DNA of 64,000 nt from Longimicrobiales bacterium (GCA_035513575.1 DATKBW010000049.1:39790-103789), one strand, 5' to 3'; shown: positions 1 to 9,577, counted from the first letter of the stretch. Made by a program: numbers and translations. The notes: generated from the sequence alone by a model not told the origin.

Positions 1-1267
1 CGGCGGGCACCGAGTAGCCCATGCACGAATAGTCCACGGGCGCCAGGAAGCTCCGGGGCGCGTCCAGGCGCAGGATCTCCATGGCCAGGAAGGTCCCGTT
101 GCCGCTGTCGCTGGTGAAGACGGTGCGCGGGCCGAGCCGGTCGTGGATCGCCCGGATCAGGGCGTGCGGGGACACGCCGCCCGCGGACCGGTCCCCCCGC
201 CACGCCGATTCCACCTCCGCGTGGCCGGCGGCGATCCGGTCCCGTAGCCGGGGGTCCGCCGGCCGCGGGTGGAGGCGCTCGAGCAGCGCCGGCACGACGA
301 GGGCGGAGTCCCCGGCGACGGCCACTTCCGCGGGGTAGTTGCGACCGATCACGGCGGGGTCGATGTCCACGTGGACCAGCGGCCCGGGCAGCTCCAGCCC
401 GTAGCTCCCCGTTCCCACCTCGCCGAACCGGCAGCCGATGGCCAGGACCGCGGCGCAGTCGGCGGCGACCTTCCGGGCGAACGGCGGAGCGGCCTCGCCG
501 AAACCGGGCCACACGAAGAGCGGGTGCGTCTCGGGGAACACGCCCTTCCCCTGGAACGTGGTCGCGACGGGCGCGTCCAGCCGCTCCGCCAGCGCGACCA
601 GGTGATCGTGGGCGGGGAGGGCACCCAGGCCCAGGTAGAGCAGGGGCCGGCCCGCGCCGTTCAGCACCTCGGCGGCCCGCTCGATGGCGGCGTGCTCGGC
701 AGCGAACGCCCGGGCCGGCCTGCCGCCGTGCTCCGCCCGTAGCGCGTCGAGATCGACGTCGTGCGTGAAGAGGTAGAGGTTGGCGGGCACTTCCACGAAC
801 ACGGGGCCCGGTACGCCCTCCCGGGCGAGGCGGCAGGCCCTGCGCACGGTGGCGTAGAGATCCCCCCCGGCCACGGGGCGCAGCTGGGCCTTGGTGACCG
901 GCGCCACCATGGCCGCCTGGTCCACGTCGTGGAGCTGGTAGCCGTGGGGCGTGTCCGTACGGATCCCGCACCCGAGCACGAGCATGGGGATGGTGTCCAT
1001 CCACGCTTCGGCGATCCCCGACATGGCGTGGGTGAGACCGGCTCCCGGGACGACGTTGACGCACCCGAGCCGCCCGGTGGTCCGCCACACGGCGTCCGCG
1101 GCGAAGGACGCGGACTGTTCGTCGGTGACCAGGATGGGCCGGACGGTCTCGCTCTCGGCCAGCGCGTCGTAGAGCTCGATGTTGTGCGTGCCCGGGATCC
1201 CGAAGGTGAACGGTACACCTTCGTCCTCGAGCGCCCGAACGACGATGCGGCCGCCCGGCACGCTCAT
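1..1267 (-). CDS. Thiamine pyrophosphate-binding enzyme (acetolactate synthase-like family), N-terminal ~422 aa; 3' end lies beyond window start
   Basis: Absent from the ORF track because it runs off the edge. Hand translation from ATG at 1267 (minus) gives MSVPGGRIVVRALEDEGVPFTFGIPGTHNIELYDALAESETVRPILVTDEQSASFAADAVWRTTGRLGCVNVVPGAGLTHAMSGIAEAWMDTIPMLVL..., a typical TPP-enzyme N-terminal domain. ATGA start/stop overlap with the upstream GMC oxidoreductase gene. Confidence 0.8.
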   Translation of the reverse strand, partial: MSVPGGRIVVRALEDEGVPFTFGIPGTHNIELYDALAESETVRPILVTDEQSASFAADAVWRTTGRLGCVNVVPGAGLTHAMSGIAEAWMDTIPMLVLGCGIRTDTPHGYQLHDVDQAAMVAPVTKAQLRPVAGGDLYATVRRACRLAREGVPGPVFVEVPANLYLFTHDVDLDALRAEHGGRPARAFAAEHAAIERAAEVLNGAGRPLLYLGLGALPAHDHLVALAERLDAPVATTFQGKGVFPETHPLFVWPGFGEAAPPFARKVAADCAAVLAIGCRFGEVGTGSYGLELPGPLVHVDIDPAVIGRNYPAEVAVAGDSALVVPALLERLHPRPADPRLRDRIAAGHAEVESAWRGDRSAGGVSPHALIRAIHDRLGPRTVFTSDSGNGTFLAMEILRLDAPRSFLAPVDYSCMGYSVPA

Positions 1268-2772
1268 GGGCCCCACCCCTTCCGCAGGTCCGCCACCACC
1301 CCCTCCGCGACGCGGTCCGCCAGGGCCATGATGGTCAGGTAGGGGTTGATCTCCAGGCTGTCGGGGAACAGCGCCGAGTCGGCCACGCGGAGCCACGGCA
1401 GACCGTGCACCCGTCCCCACCCGTCGGTGACGCTGTCGGCCGCGTCCCGCCCCATGCCGCACCCGCCCATCAGGTGCGCCGCGGATACGCTGATCTTCCC
1501 CGGCAGGAAGTGCTCACGGCTGATCAGCTCGTCCACACGCTCCGCGTCCCGGCGCTCGATGAGGGGCGGGTCCGCCTCCGGCGCGTGCACCCGCGCGGCG
1601 CCCGCGGCGAAGAAGATCCGGGCGGAGGCCCGCGTCGCCGCGACCAGCGCGTCCACGACGGCGTCCGTGAAGGCGTAATGGACCACCGGGCCTCCCTCGT
1701 CATCCACCGCGATCCGGTTCTCGGCGACGGCCCGGTCCAGCGCCAGCACCAGGATCATCTGGAGCCGCGGGAACGCGTTCATGAGCCGGCTGTGCTCGGC
1801 GCCGAAGCCCGTCAGGTTCTTGGCCGTGATGAACGGGAAGTACATGCAGGTCTCCAGCACGTACCCCTCCTCCCACCGGTCCACGTAGTAGCTCTTGGGG
1901 TGTCCCACGTCGTTCGTGATCGGGCGATCGTGCTCGGCCACCAGGATGTGCGCGGGGTGGCAGGTGAAGCCCGCGCCCAGACGGGGGAGCGTCTCGGCGA
2001 GGCCGGAGCGGAGCAGCAGCGCGGTCGAGCCAATGGACCCGCCGCAGACGACGACCATCCCCGCATCGATCGTGTACTCCCCAGCCGCCCACTCGCCGGC
2101 CCGCCCTTTGTCCCCGGGCCCCCTCTCCGTCACGCGCACGGTGAGCGCGCGGTCACCAGGGTCGACCCGCAGGACCTCCGCGCGTGTGACCACCTCGACG
2201 CCCAGCCGCTCCGCGGCCGGCAGCTGCACCTGGTGCGTGCCCTGCTTCGCGCCGTTGGGGCAGCCGAGGTTGCACAGCGACGCGCCAAGGCACCCCTTCA
2301 CGTTGACGGGGAACTGCTCGGCCGACCAGCCCAGCGCCCGACACCCCTCGAGGAAGAGCCGGTTGTTGTCGTTGATCCGCGCCGGCTCGAGGAGGTGGAC
2401 GTTGTTCTCGCCCATGTAGCGCCGGGCGCGCCGCTCCAGGTCCGCGTGCTCGAGGCCCGGCACCCCCCACTTCCCGATCACCCGCTCGGGAGGAAGCAGG
2501 CTCGTCCCCGTATAGACGACCGTGCTCCCGCCGTACCCGCGCCCGAAGGCCAGCGTCATGGTGCCGTCGGCCGTCAGGAAGCCGCCGTCCTCCTCGTACA
2601 GGGCCGAGGCCATCTCCAGCTCGCGGCCGGTCATCTCGTGGGGATCCACCCTGGGACCCTTCTCGAGCACCAGAACCCTGCGGCCGTCCGCGACCAGCGG
2701 CGCCAGCGCCTGCGCGACCGTGCCCCCGCCCGCGCCGGAGCCGATGACCACCACGTCGCAGCGCTCGCGCAT
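1264..2772 (-). CDS. GMC-family FAD-dependent oxidoreductase
   Basis: 502 aa ORF. N-terminal FAD dinucleotide fold VVVIGSGAGGG; length and overall pattern typical of GMC oxidoreductases. Preceded by a small partner-subunit gene. Confidence 0.85.
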   Translation of the reverse strand: MRERCDVVVIGSGAGGGTVAQALAPLVADGRRVLVLEKGPRVDPHEMTGRELEMASALYEEDGGFLTADGTMTLAFGRGYGGSTVVYTGTSLLPPERVIGKWGVPGLEHADLERRARRYMGENNVHLLEPARINDNNRLFLEGCRALGWSAEQFPVNVKGCLGASLCNLGCPNGAKQGTHQVQLPAAERLGVEVVTRAEVLRVDPGDRALTVRVTERGPGDKGRAGEWAAGEYTIDAGMVVVCGGSIGSTALLLRSGLAETLPRLGAGFTCHPAHILVAEHDRPITNDVGHPKSYYVDRWEEGYVLETCMYFPFITAKNLTGFGAEHSRLMNAFPRLQMILVLALDRAVAENRIAVDDEGGPVVHYAFTDAVVDALVAATRASARIFFAAGAARVHAPEADPPLIERRDAERVDELISREHFLPGKISVSAAHLMGGCGMGRDAADSVTDGWGRVHGLPWLRVADSALFPDSLEINPYLTIMALADRVAEGVVADLRKGWGP

Positions 2773-2775
2773 CGG

Positions 2776-3300
2776 CTACTCCAGCGGCGCCGGAGCGTGT
2801 CCGGCGAGACCGCCGCCGCCGGGCTCCGCGTCCCCGCCCGGGGCGCGGCCGGAGCCCTGGCTCGCCTCCGCGGCGGCGGCCGCCCGGGCGGCGGCGGGTG
2901 CGTCCGGGTGCTCCACCCAGCCGCGCAGCCTCGCCTGGTAGCCGACCGCGTCGTACGCCTCCGGCCGCGCGTAGTAGCCCATGAAGACGAGCGTCCTGAG
3001 GCCCCAGAATCCGCGGCGGGCCAGCAGGACGGGGGCGTCCTGGACGCCCTGGAGGAAGCGCCGCCGGCGGTCCGGGTCGAGCCGGCGGAAGGTGCGGCCC
3101 CAGCGGAACAGGGGCAGGATGTCGAGGGCGCGGATGAACACCAGGAGCTGCCGCCGCACCGCCGCCGGCCGCCTGGCCAGCGCCGCATCGACGATCCTCT
3201 CCAGCTCGGCCCACCCCTCGGGACCGAGGGCGGCGGCTTCCGGCACGATGGACGCGGCCAGCGCCCTGAACGTCGGCCGGACCCCCGCGAGGACGCTCAT
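2776..3300 (-). CDS. Small accessory subunit paired with the GMC oxidoreductase (gluconate 2-dehydrogenase subunit 3-like)
   Basis: Start chosen at internal ATG (MSVLAGVRPTF...). The upstream part of the 224-aa ORF is Arg/Gly-rich and looks non-coding. The gene sits 3 nt upstream of the GMC gene, a common arrangement for this small subunit family (recognised from memory). Confidence 0.5.
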   Translation of the reverse strand: MSVLAGVRPTFRALAASIVPEAAALGPEGWAELERIVDAALARRPAAVRRQLLVFIRALDILPLFRWGRTFRRLDPDRRRRFLQGVQDAPVLLARRGFWGLRTLVFMGYYARPEAYDAVGYQARLRGWVEHPDAPAAARAAAAAEASQGSGRAPGGDAEPGGGGLAGHAPAPLE

Positions 3301-3358
3301 CGAGTTCCAGGCCTCCTGGTCCGAGTACGAGCCCGCCCCCCGCTCCGCAACGGCGCCT

Positions 3359-4633
3359 TCAGTGGCCGCGGATCTTCTCGGCGTCCGCCACCCGCCGGAC
3401 CGCGATCCGGTAGGCCGCGTCCCGGTAGCTGACGCCGTCGGCCTCCGCACGGCCGCGCACCTCGTGGAACGCGGCGACGAGCTTCTTCTCCAGCTGCCGG
3501 CGCACTTTGTCCAGCTCCCAGCGGAACTGCTGGAGGTTCTGCGTCCATTCGAAGTAGCTGACCACCACGCCGCCGGCGTTGGCCAGGATGTCGGGGATCA
3601 CGGGGATGCCGCGCTCGTTCATCAGGATCTTGTCGGCGATGGGCGTGGTGGGCCCGTTCGCGGCCTCCACGACCATGCGGCAGTCCAGCGCGCGGGCGTT
3701 CTCTTCCCGGTTGATGACGCCCCCCAGCGCCGCGGGGACCATGAACTCGCAGGGAACCTGCCAGAGGCTCTCGCCGGTGAGGGCGTCGCCACCAGCGAAG
3801 CCCGCGGCCGTCCCGCCCCGGGCGACGTGCGCCTGGAGCGCCGGGAGGTCGAGCCCCGCGTCGTTGTGCACGCCCCCCTCCACGTCCGTGACCGCGACGA
3901 CCCGCAGCCCCTCCTCGTGCGCCGCGACCGCCAGGTGGCTGCCCACGTTGCCGAAGCCCTGGATGGCCACCCGGCTCCCCCGCCACGGGATCCCGTGGAC
4001 CTTCGCGGCCTCGCGCATGATGATGAGCACGCCCCGGCCGGTCGCCTCGCTGCGCCCGACGGAGCCGCCCAGCTCGATGGGCTTGCCCGTCACGCACGCC
4101 GGCGAGTATCCCGCCCGGCTGCTGTACTCGTCCATCAGCCAGGCCATCGTCTGGGCGTCCGTGTACATGTCGGGCGCCGGGATGTCCCGATAGGGGCCCA
4201 GACCGATGGCGATCCGGCGGGTGAACGTGCGCGTGAGCCGCTCCTTCTCGTTCTGCGAGAGGGTCCGGGCGTCCACCGTGACGCCGCCCTTGGCGCCTCC
4301 GAACGGCAGGTCCAGCAGCGCCGTCTTCCAGGTCATGAGCGCCGCGAGGCCCCGGACCTCATCCAGGTCCACCTCGGGGTGGTAGCGGATCCCGCCCTTG
4401 GTCGGGCCGCGGGCGCCGTTGTGCTGTACGCGGTGACCGATGAACACCCGCTCGGAGCCGTCATCCATCAGCACCGGGACGCGAACCGTGATCTCCCGGA
4501 ACGGTACGCTGAGCCGCATGCGCATGGGCTCCGTGAGCCCGAGGGACGCGACGGCGTCCGCGAACTGGATGCGCGCGATCTCGGCCAGCGAGAGCGGACG
4601 GGAATGCGGTGCTGTCTCGGCGGTCGTGGCCAT
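3359..4633 (-). CDS. gdh: Glutamate dehydrogenase (Glu/Leu/Phe/Val dehydrogenase family)
   Basis: 424 aa. Contains the catalytic-Lys region DLPFGGAKGGV, plus GPTKGGIRYHP and the NAD(P) Rossmann motif IQGFGNVGS. Confidence 0.95.
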   Translation of the reverse strand: MATTAETAPHSRPLSLAEIARIQFADAVASLGLTEPMRMRLSVPFREITVRVPVLMDDGSERVFIGHRVQHNGARGPTKGGIRYHPEVDLDEVRGLAALMTWKTALLDLPFGGAKGGVTVDARTLSQNEKERLTRTFTRRIAIGLGPYRDIPAPDMYTDAQTMAWLMDEYSSRAGYSPACVTGKPIELGGSVGRSEATGRGVLIIMREAAKVHGIPWRGSRVAIQGFGNVGSHLAVAAHEEGLRVVAVTDVEGGVHNDAGLDLPALQAHVARGGTAAGFAGGDALTGESLWQVPCEFMVPAALGGVINREENARALDCRMVVEAANGPTTPIADKILMNERGIPVIPDILANAGGVVVSYFEWTQNLQQFRWELDKVRRQLEKKLVAAFHEVRGRAEADGVSYRDAAYRIAVRRVADAEKIRGH

Positions 4634-4691
4634 GGCGATTCTGGGAACGGGGGTGCGGCAAAGGTGCGGTGCGGCCCCTCGGCGGTCAACG

Positions 4692-4925
4692 TCAGCGCGC
4701 GTAGCGGGCGCTGGCGAGCTCGATGATCCGGTCGATCAGGGCTTCGTGCGCGAGCCCGGCCGCCAGGGCCGCCCGCGAAAATTCGGCTCCCCGCTCGAGG
4801 TAGCAGTTGGGATTCGCCTCGACGACGTGGACGTCCCCGTCCGCATCCACCCGCACGTCGATCCGCGCGTAATCGCGCAGGCCCAGGGCGTGGAACGTGT
4901 CGACGGCGACCCGCTGGAGCTCCGC
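4692..4925 (-). pseudogene. 5'-truncated D-alanine--D-alanine ligase-family (ATP-grasp) fragment, C-terminal ~78 aa only
   Basis: Only the tail of ORF 4692..5159 looks like a real protein: ELQRVAVDTFHALGLRDYARIDVRVDADGDVHVVEANPNCYLERGAEFSRAALAAGLAHEALIDRIIELA, an ATP-grasp C-terminal domain. The upstream part of the ORF is antisense to the AAA fragment. The upper boundary is approximate. Confidence 0.6.
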
Positions 4926-5414
4926 ATCGAGAAGGCCTTCGCCGAGTCCGGCGGCTCCGAGGATGGGGGGGTATCCACCCGCGTCCTCGGGACTTTCCTC
5001 TCCTGGATGCAGGAGCGGCGCGGTGACGTGTTCGTGGTGGCCACCGCCAACGCCGTGGAGCGCCTCCCTCCCGAGTTCCTCCGCAAGGGCCGTTTCGACG
5101 AGGTCTTCTTCGTCGACCTCCCCGACGACGAGACCCGCCGCGCCATCTTCCGCATTCACCTAGCGCGCCGGAACCAGCTGCCCGAGCGGTTCGACCTCGC
5201 CGCCCTCGCCGCGGCCACCGAAGGCTTCAGCGGCGCAGAGATCGAGCAGGTCGTCATCGCCGCCCTCTACACCGTCTTCGCCGCTTCCGCCGACCTCACC
5301 GACGACGCCCTGCTCGCGGAAGTCGCCGCTACCCGCCCCCTCTCCGTGGTCGCGGCCGAGCGCATCCAGGCCCTCCGCCGCTGGGCGGCCGGCCGCACCG
5401 TTCCCGCCAGCTGA
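4917..5414 (+). pseudogene. 5'-truncated AAA+ ATPase fragment (C-terminal ~165 aa; Walker A half missing)
   Basis: The tail of ORF 4440..5414 reads IEKAFAESGGSEDGGVSTRVLGTFLSWMQERRGDVFVVATANAVERLPPEFLRKGRFDEVFFVDLPDDETRRAIFRIHL...FSGAEIEQVV. This covers sensor-1, the Arg finger and the lid of a COG0464-type AAA ATPase. The preceding 160 codons are antisense to gdh and the ddl-like fragment. The lower boundary is approximate. Confidence 0.6.
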
Positions 5415-5609
5415 CGGGCCGGCGGGCGTGGGGAAATCCACCACGCCATTTTCCTCAATAACTCCGACTGTCCCGCACCCTCCGGAAGTGGATATTGAAC
5501 GCGGGTCGGGGTCCGCGGCGCGCGGGTAGGGGCTTCGCCGGAGAGTCGCCGCCGGGCCCCGATTCCACTTCACTTCCGGTGAAGTGTCCTGAGCGGTCGG
5601 GAGGTGAAC

Positions 5610-6605
5610 ATGCCCCGCTCGATTCTCGTCCCCGTCGACGGGTCCAACTTCGCCGAGCACGCCCTGCCGTACGCCCTCGGGGTAGCCCGCAGGACCGGCG
5701 CCCGGATCCACTTCGCCCTCGTCCACGTCCCCTTCGAAATCGTGAGTCCCAGCTATCCGCTCGCCGAAGAAATGGCGGAGCGGGAGTTGGAGCAACGGGA
5801 CCGCGACGAGGCGTACATCGAGCAGCTGGTCCGCCGTCTGGCCACACCGGAGGTCGAGTACCGGACCGCGCTGCTGCGAGGGCACATCGCCTCGGCCATC
5901 GGCCGGTACGTGGAGGACGAGCGGATCGACCTCGTGGTGATGACGACCCACGGGCGGGGCGGCCTCCAGCGGGCGTGGCTCGGCAGCACCGCGGACAGCC
6001 TCCTGCGTCGCCTGATGATCCCCCTGCTGCTGGTCCGCCCCGCCGAGGAGACCCGGGAGATCGGACCCGGTAGCGCGCTGGAGTTCAGCCGCGTGCTCGC
6101 GGCGCTGGACGGGAGCGGGACCGCGGAGCAGGCACTGCGCGATGCCATCGAGCTCGGCGTCGCGGGGGATGCGGCCATCACGCTGGCGCACGTCCTCCAG
6201 CCTCCCATCACGGCCTACTCGCCCTACATCCCCCACGCCGTCCAGATCACGCAGGACGAGGTGGCGGCGCGGCGCGAGTCCATGAGCCGCTACCTCGATG
6301 GCCTGCTGGAAGAGCCATGGCTGCAGGGCCGCAAGGTCATGAAGGACATGCGCGTCGACTACCACGCCGCCCACGCGATCCTGGAGCTCGCGCGGAAGGC
6401 GGATGCCGACCTGATCGTCCTCGGCACGCACGGGCGTGGCGGCCTGCGACGGATGGTTCTGGGCAGCGTGGCGGACAAGGTGATCCGCGCGACCTACCGC
6501 CCGGTGCTGGTTCACCGCGGTCTGGGGTTCAACGAGCGAATGACCTTCGCCGAGCCTCGATCGAAAACGAGGTCCGAGCAGATCGAGGTCGAAGCCGGGA
6601 GCTGA
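5610..6605 (+). CDS. Universal stress protein, tandem UspA domains
   Basis: MPRSILVPVDGSNFAEHALPYAL... and a second domain with RVLAALDGSGTAEQAL...GTHGRGGLRRMVLGSVADKVIR. ATG at 5610 lies 5 nt after GGGAGG; the track start at 5604 is a GTG directly abutting the SD. Confidence 0.9.
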   Translation: MPRSILVPVDGSNFAEHALPYALGVARRTGARIHFALVHVPFEIVSPSYPLAEEMAERELEQRDRDEAYIEQLVRRLATPEVEYRTALLRGHIASAIGRYVEDERIDLVVMTTHGRGGLQRAWLGSTADSLLRRLMIPLLLVRPAEETREIGPGSALEFSRVLAALDGSGTAEQALRDAIELGVAGDAAITLAHVLQPPITAYSPYIPHAVQITQDEVAARRESMSRYLDGLLEEPWLQGRKVMKDMRVDYHAAHAILELARKADADLIVLGTHGRGGLRRMVLGSVADKVIRATYRPVLVHRGLGFNERMTFAEPRSKTRSEQIEVEAGS

Positions 6606-6646
6606 CCGGCATCGCCGGGCCCGGCGGCGGCCGTTAGCTTTCCGCC

Positions 6647-7312
6647 ATGAAACCTGCCCGCGCGGTTCTGTTCGACCTCGATGGCACGCTGATCGGCACC
6701 AGGGCCCTCTACCTGGAGGCGTACCGGACGGCCATCCGGCCCTACATCTGCAGGGACCTTTCCGATGGGGACATCATGGCCCTCCGCCCCACCTCCGAGC
6801 TCGGCTTCCTGCGTGCGGTCGTGCCCGGGATCACCCTGGAAGCCTGCGTGCGGGATTTCCACGCGGCCTACGCCGCGCTGCACGCCGAGCTCTTCGAAGG
6901 ACCCTACGATGGGATCCTCGAGCTACTCGACGAGATCCGCGCGGCCGGGCTCGCGACCGGGATCGTCACCGGCAAGAGCCGCCGGTCGTGGGAGACCACG
7001 AGCGCGCTCTGCCGACTGGGACCCTTCCAGGTCCTGGTGTTCGATGACGACGTCCGCGCCCCGAAGCCCGATCCCCACGGGCTGGAGCTGGCGATCGACA
7101 GGCTGGGGCTCGAGGCCGCGGACTGCGTCTACATCGGCGACACCGTGACCGATGTCCGGGCCGCCAGAGCGGCCGGGCTGCGACCCGTCGCCGCGCTGTG
7201 GGCGCGGAGCCCGGACCAGCGGGAAGGTTACGCGGCGAGGGCCGCGGCTGAGGGCGCCGAGGTGGTGGAAACCCCCGGAGACCTCCGGCCCGTGCTGGGC
7301 CTGGATCGCTAG
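6647..7312 (+). CDS. HAD-superfamily hydrolase (phosphoglycolate phosphatase-like)
   Basis: Motif I VLFDLDGTL, motif II VTGKS, motif IV YIGDTVTDVRAARAAG. Confidence 0.85.
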   Translation: MKPARAVLFDLDGTLIGTRALYLEAYRTAIRPYICRDLSDGDIMALRPTSELGFLRAVVPGITLEACVRDFHAAYAALHAELFEGPYDGILELLDEIRAAGLATGIVTGKSRRSWETTSALCRLGPFQVLVFDDDVRAPKPDPHGLELAIDRLGLEAADCVYIGDTVTDVRAARAAGLRPVAALWARSPDQREGYAARAAAEGAEVVETPGDLRPVLGLDR

Positions 7313-7561
7313 AATACGACAGCCGCCATCAGGAAGACCCAGCTCAGGACGTCCACGTCCGCACGTCCTGGATCTGCACGAACGCGGTCACGGCCTGCGG
7401 CAGGGCGGCGCGCAGCCACAGGCGGGTCCGCATCGTCGTGGACGCCACGGAGGCGTCGGTATCGAACCAGTCCATGGACCGGAACTCGAAGCGCGGCCTC
7501 CCCCCTTCAGGACCATTCCAGCCATCACTTCCCCCGGAGGGCGGGCGGGTCGTGACCCGCC

Positions 7562-9103
7562 TCAGCGTCCGCCCGGCCGGCGCAGATCGGGCTCGCCACG
7601 CCTCCCGAACCGCGCGTCCGTCGCGCCCGGCGACACCGTCTGCGCGGGGCCGGTCCGGGGCGCCGTCCGCGTCTCGGGCAGCGGCCGGCCGTACAGGGCG
7701 GCCAGCCCCAGCCGTGCGAAGTCGATGGCCTTGCCGAGGATGCGGAGCGCCTCCTGGTCCGCGTGGAACCCCATGGAGTTTTCGGCCTCGATGAAGTCCG
7801 TGTAGAACTGGGCCCGCCGCTGGTACTGCCGGGCGAGGCGGACGTCCTCCCCGGTGCTGTCCCGCTGCACCTGGTCGCGGATGGCCCTGGTGAGCTGGAG
7901 CGTGGCGTCGATGGCGATGTTCCGCATCTCGTACGTGCGGTCCTGGATGGCGTGGACCCGGTCCCGCAGCTCCTCCTCGGACCAGCGGTGGCAGGTCTGG
8001 CACGCGTTGGCGACGTTCAGGACGGGGCTGCGGACCCAGTGGTCGCTCACCTTCATCGCCCCGACCCTCAGGTACGGCATGTGGCAGTCCGCGCAGGCGA
8101 CGCCGCTGCGGGCGTGGATCCCCTGGTTGTATAGCTCGAATTCCGGGTGCTGCGCCTTGAGGACCGGGGCGCCGCTGATGGCGTGCGTCCAGTCCTGGAA
8201 GCCGACCTCGTCGTAATAGGCCATGATGCTGTCGACGTTCAACCCCTTGGCCCAGGGGTACGTCAGCCGCTTTTCCGCGCCCCGGAAGTAGTACTCGACG
8301 TGGCACTGCCCGCACACGAACGTGCGCATCTCGGCCCGCGTGGCTTCCTCGTTCACGGCGTAGCCCTCGATCCCCTGGCTGGCCTTCAGCGCGCGCATCC
8401 CCTCGATGAAGCCGGGACGCGTGATCCGCAGCGCCATGGTCTCCGGGTCGTGACAGTCGATACACGACACCGGGTGCTCCGCCAGCGCCGCCGCCTCCTG
8501 GTAGGGCATCTGGTTGACCCGCTCGAACCCGGCCATCAGATCCCCGTCCCCCGCGTCCCGATAGACCGTGTAGACGGACGCGTGGCAGTGCAGGCAGGCC
8601 CCCGGTTGCTGCACGACCTGCTGCCGCTCCGTGAAGATCTGGTCGATGAACATGTACGCGTGCCCCCGCTCCTCCCGGAAATCCTCCGCGAAGGCGTATC
8701 CCGCCCAGAACTCCCGCAGCCGGGGATCCTCCACCAGCCGGCTCGCGGCGACCTCCTCCCGGGGGTCCAGCTCCGTCGGCTGCTTCGGGATCGCCTCGCT
8801 CCCGCCATAGCGGGTGCGGACCATGTCCACCGTGCGACCGTAGAGGTCGTACTGGATCGGGAAGTTCCTCCCCCAGACCGCCGGGTCCACGATGCTGTCG
8901 TTCAGCTCCACCACGCGGTAGAACGGGTGCCGCGCCTCCTGCTGCCGCGCGAAGATGTTCGTCAGCAGGGCCGCGATCCCCAGCGTGAGCAGGGCGGCGA
9001 CCACGGCCGCGCCCACCAGCCAGCCGCCCGTGTACTGCCGGCGCCGCCCGGGGGGTTTCACCGGCTCGGGTGTGGGATTCGGGGCGTTCGGGGGAGTTGC
9101 CAT
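7562..9103 (-). CDS. nrfA: Pentaheme cytochrome c nitrite reductase (ammonia-forming) NrfA, CxxCH-type heme 1
   Basis: 513 aa. Five heme motifs in NrfA order: CLHCH, CIDCH, CGQCH(VEYYF), CADCH, CQTCH. KAQHPE(F/Y)E motif present. AGGAG SD upstream of the ATG. N-terminal hydrophobic anchor. Confidence 0.93.
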   Translation of the reverse strand: MATPPNAPNPTPEPVKPPGRRRQYTGGWLVGAAVVAALLTLGIAALLTNIFARQQEARHPFYRVVELNDSIVDPAVWGRNFPIQYDLYGRTVDMVRTRYGGSEAIPKQPTELDPREEVAASRLVEDPRLREFWAGYAFAEDFREERGHAYMFIDQIFTERQQVVQQPGACLHCHASVYTVYRDAGDGDLMAGFERVNQMPYQEAAALAEHPVSCIDCHDPETMALRITRPGFIEGMRALKASQGIEGYAVNEEATRAEMRTFVCGQCHVEYYFRGAEKRLTYPWAKGLNVDSIMAYYDEVGFQDWTHAISGAPVLKAQHPEFELYNQGIHARSGVACADCHMPYLRVGAMKVSDHWVRSPVLNVANACQTCHRWSEEELRDRVHAIQDRTYEMRNIAIDATLQLTRAIRDQVQRDSTGEDVRLARQYQRRAQFYTDFIEAENSMGFHADQEALRILGKAIDFARLGLAALYGRPLPETRTAPRTGPAQTVSPGATDARFGRRGEPDLRRPGGR

Positions 9104-9112
9104 GACGTTCTC

Positions 9113-9577
9113 CTATCGCAGCCAGTGACCCACGTGGCGATGACAGTGGGTGCAGTCCAGGGGCTCGGTTCCGCCGCCCTGCCCGGACGGGGTGACGTGA
9201 TCGATGCTCTCCGTGATCCGGCCGTGGCAGTACCGACAGGCCTCCTGCACCACGTTCTCGTTCGGCCGCGTGATCCGGATGGGATCGGGGAAATTCCCGG
9301 TGGTGAAATAGAACGAGTGCCAGAACCCGTTCTTCGCCTTCACGTAGTACTTCGGGAGGCTCTCGTGCGGAGTGTGACAGTCGTTGCACGCCGCCACGGT
9401 GTGATGGCTCGACTTCACCCACGCCGCGTAGTGCTCGTCCATGATGTGGCAGTTCGCGCACGCCGCGGGGTCGTGGCCCAGGTACGAGTACCCCTTCGCG
9501 TACACGAACGTGAAACCGCCCAGCCCGATGACGATCCCGATCAGGACCGCCGTGACGGGGACCAGCCACCGCCTCAT
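9113..9577 (-). CDS. nrfH: Tetraheme NapC/NirT-family quinol dehydrogenase NrfH
   Basis: N-terminal TM helix plus four CxxCH motifs (CANCH, CNDCH, CRYCH, CTHCH). Located immediately upstream of nrfA. ATG at 9577 is 5 nt after GGAGGAGG; the track start at 9583 is a GTG abutting the SD. Confidence 0.9.
   Translation of the reverse strand: MRRWLVPVTAVLIGIVIGLGGFTFVYAKGYSYLGHDPAACANCHIMDEHYAAWVKSSHHTVAACNDCHTPHESLPKYYVKAKNGFWHSFYFTTGNFPDPIRITRPNENVVQEACRYCHGRITESIDHVTPSGQGGGTEPLDCTHCHRHVGHWLR

Noticed and set aside
4440-5414. Reading ORFs 4440..5414 (+) and 4692..5159 (-) as genuine full-length overlapping genes
   Set aside because: Only the C-terminal portion of each has protein-like sequence. 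The N-terminal portions are mutual antisense or antisense to gdh. I interpret them as two truncated remnants (see finding).
7344-7475. 43-codon ORF (MDWFDTDASVASTTMRTRLWLRAALPQAVTAFVQIQDVRTWTS) in the gap between the HAD gene and nrfA
   Set aside because: It has no convincing SD and no recognisable family. It is simply the tail of the long off-frame ORF 7344..9629, and I cannot distinguish it from chance.
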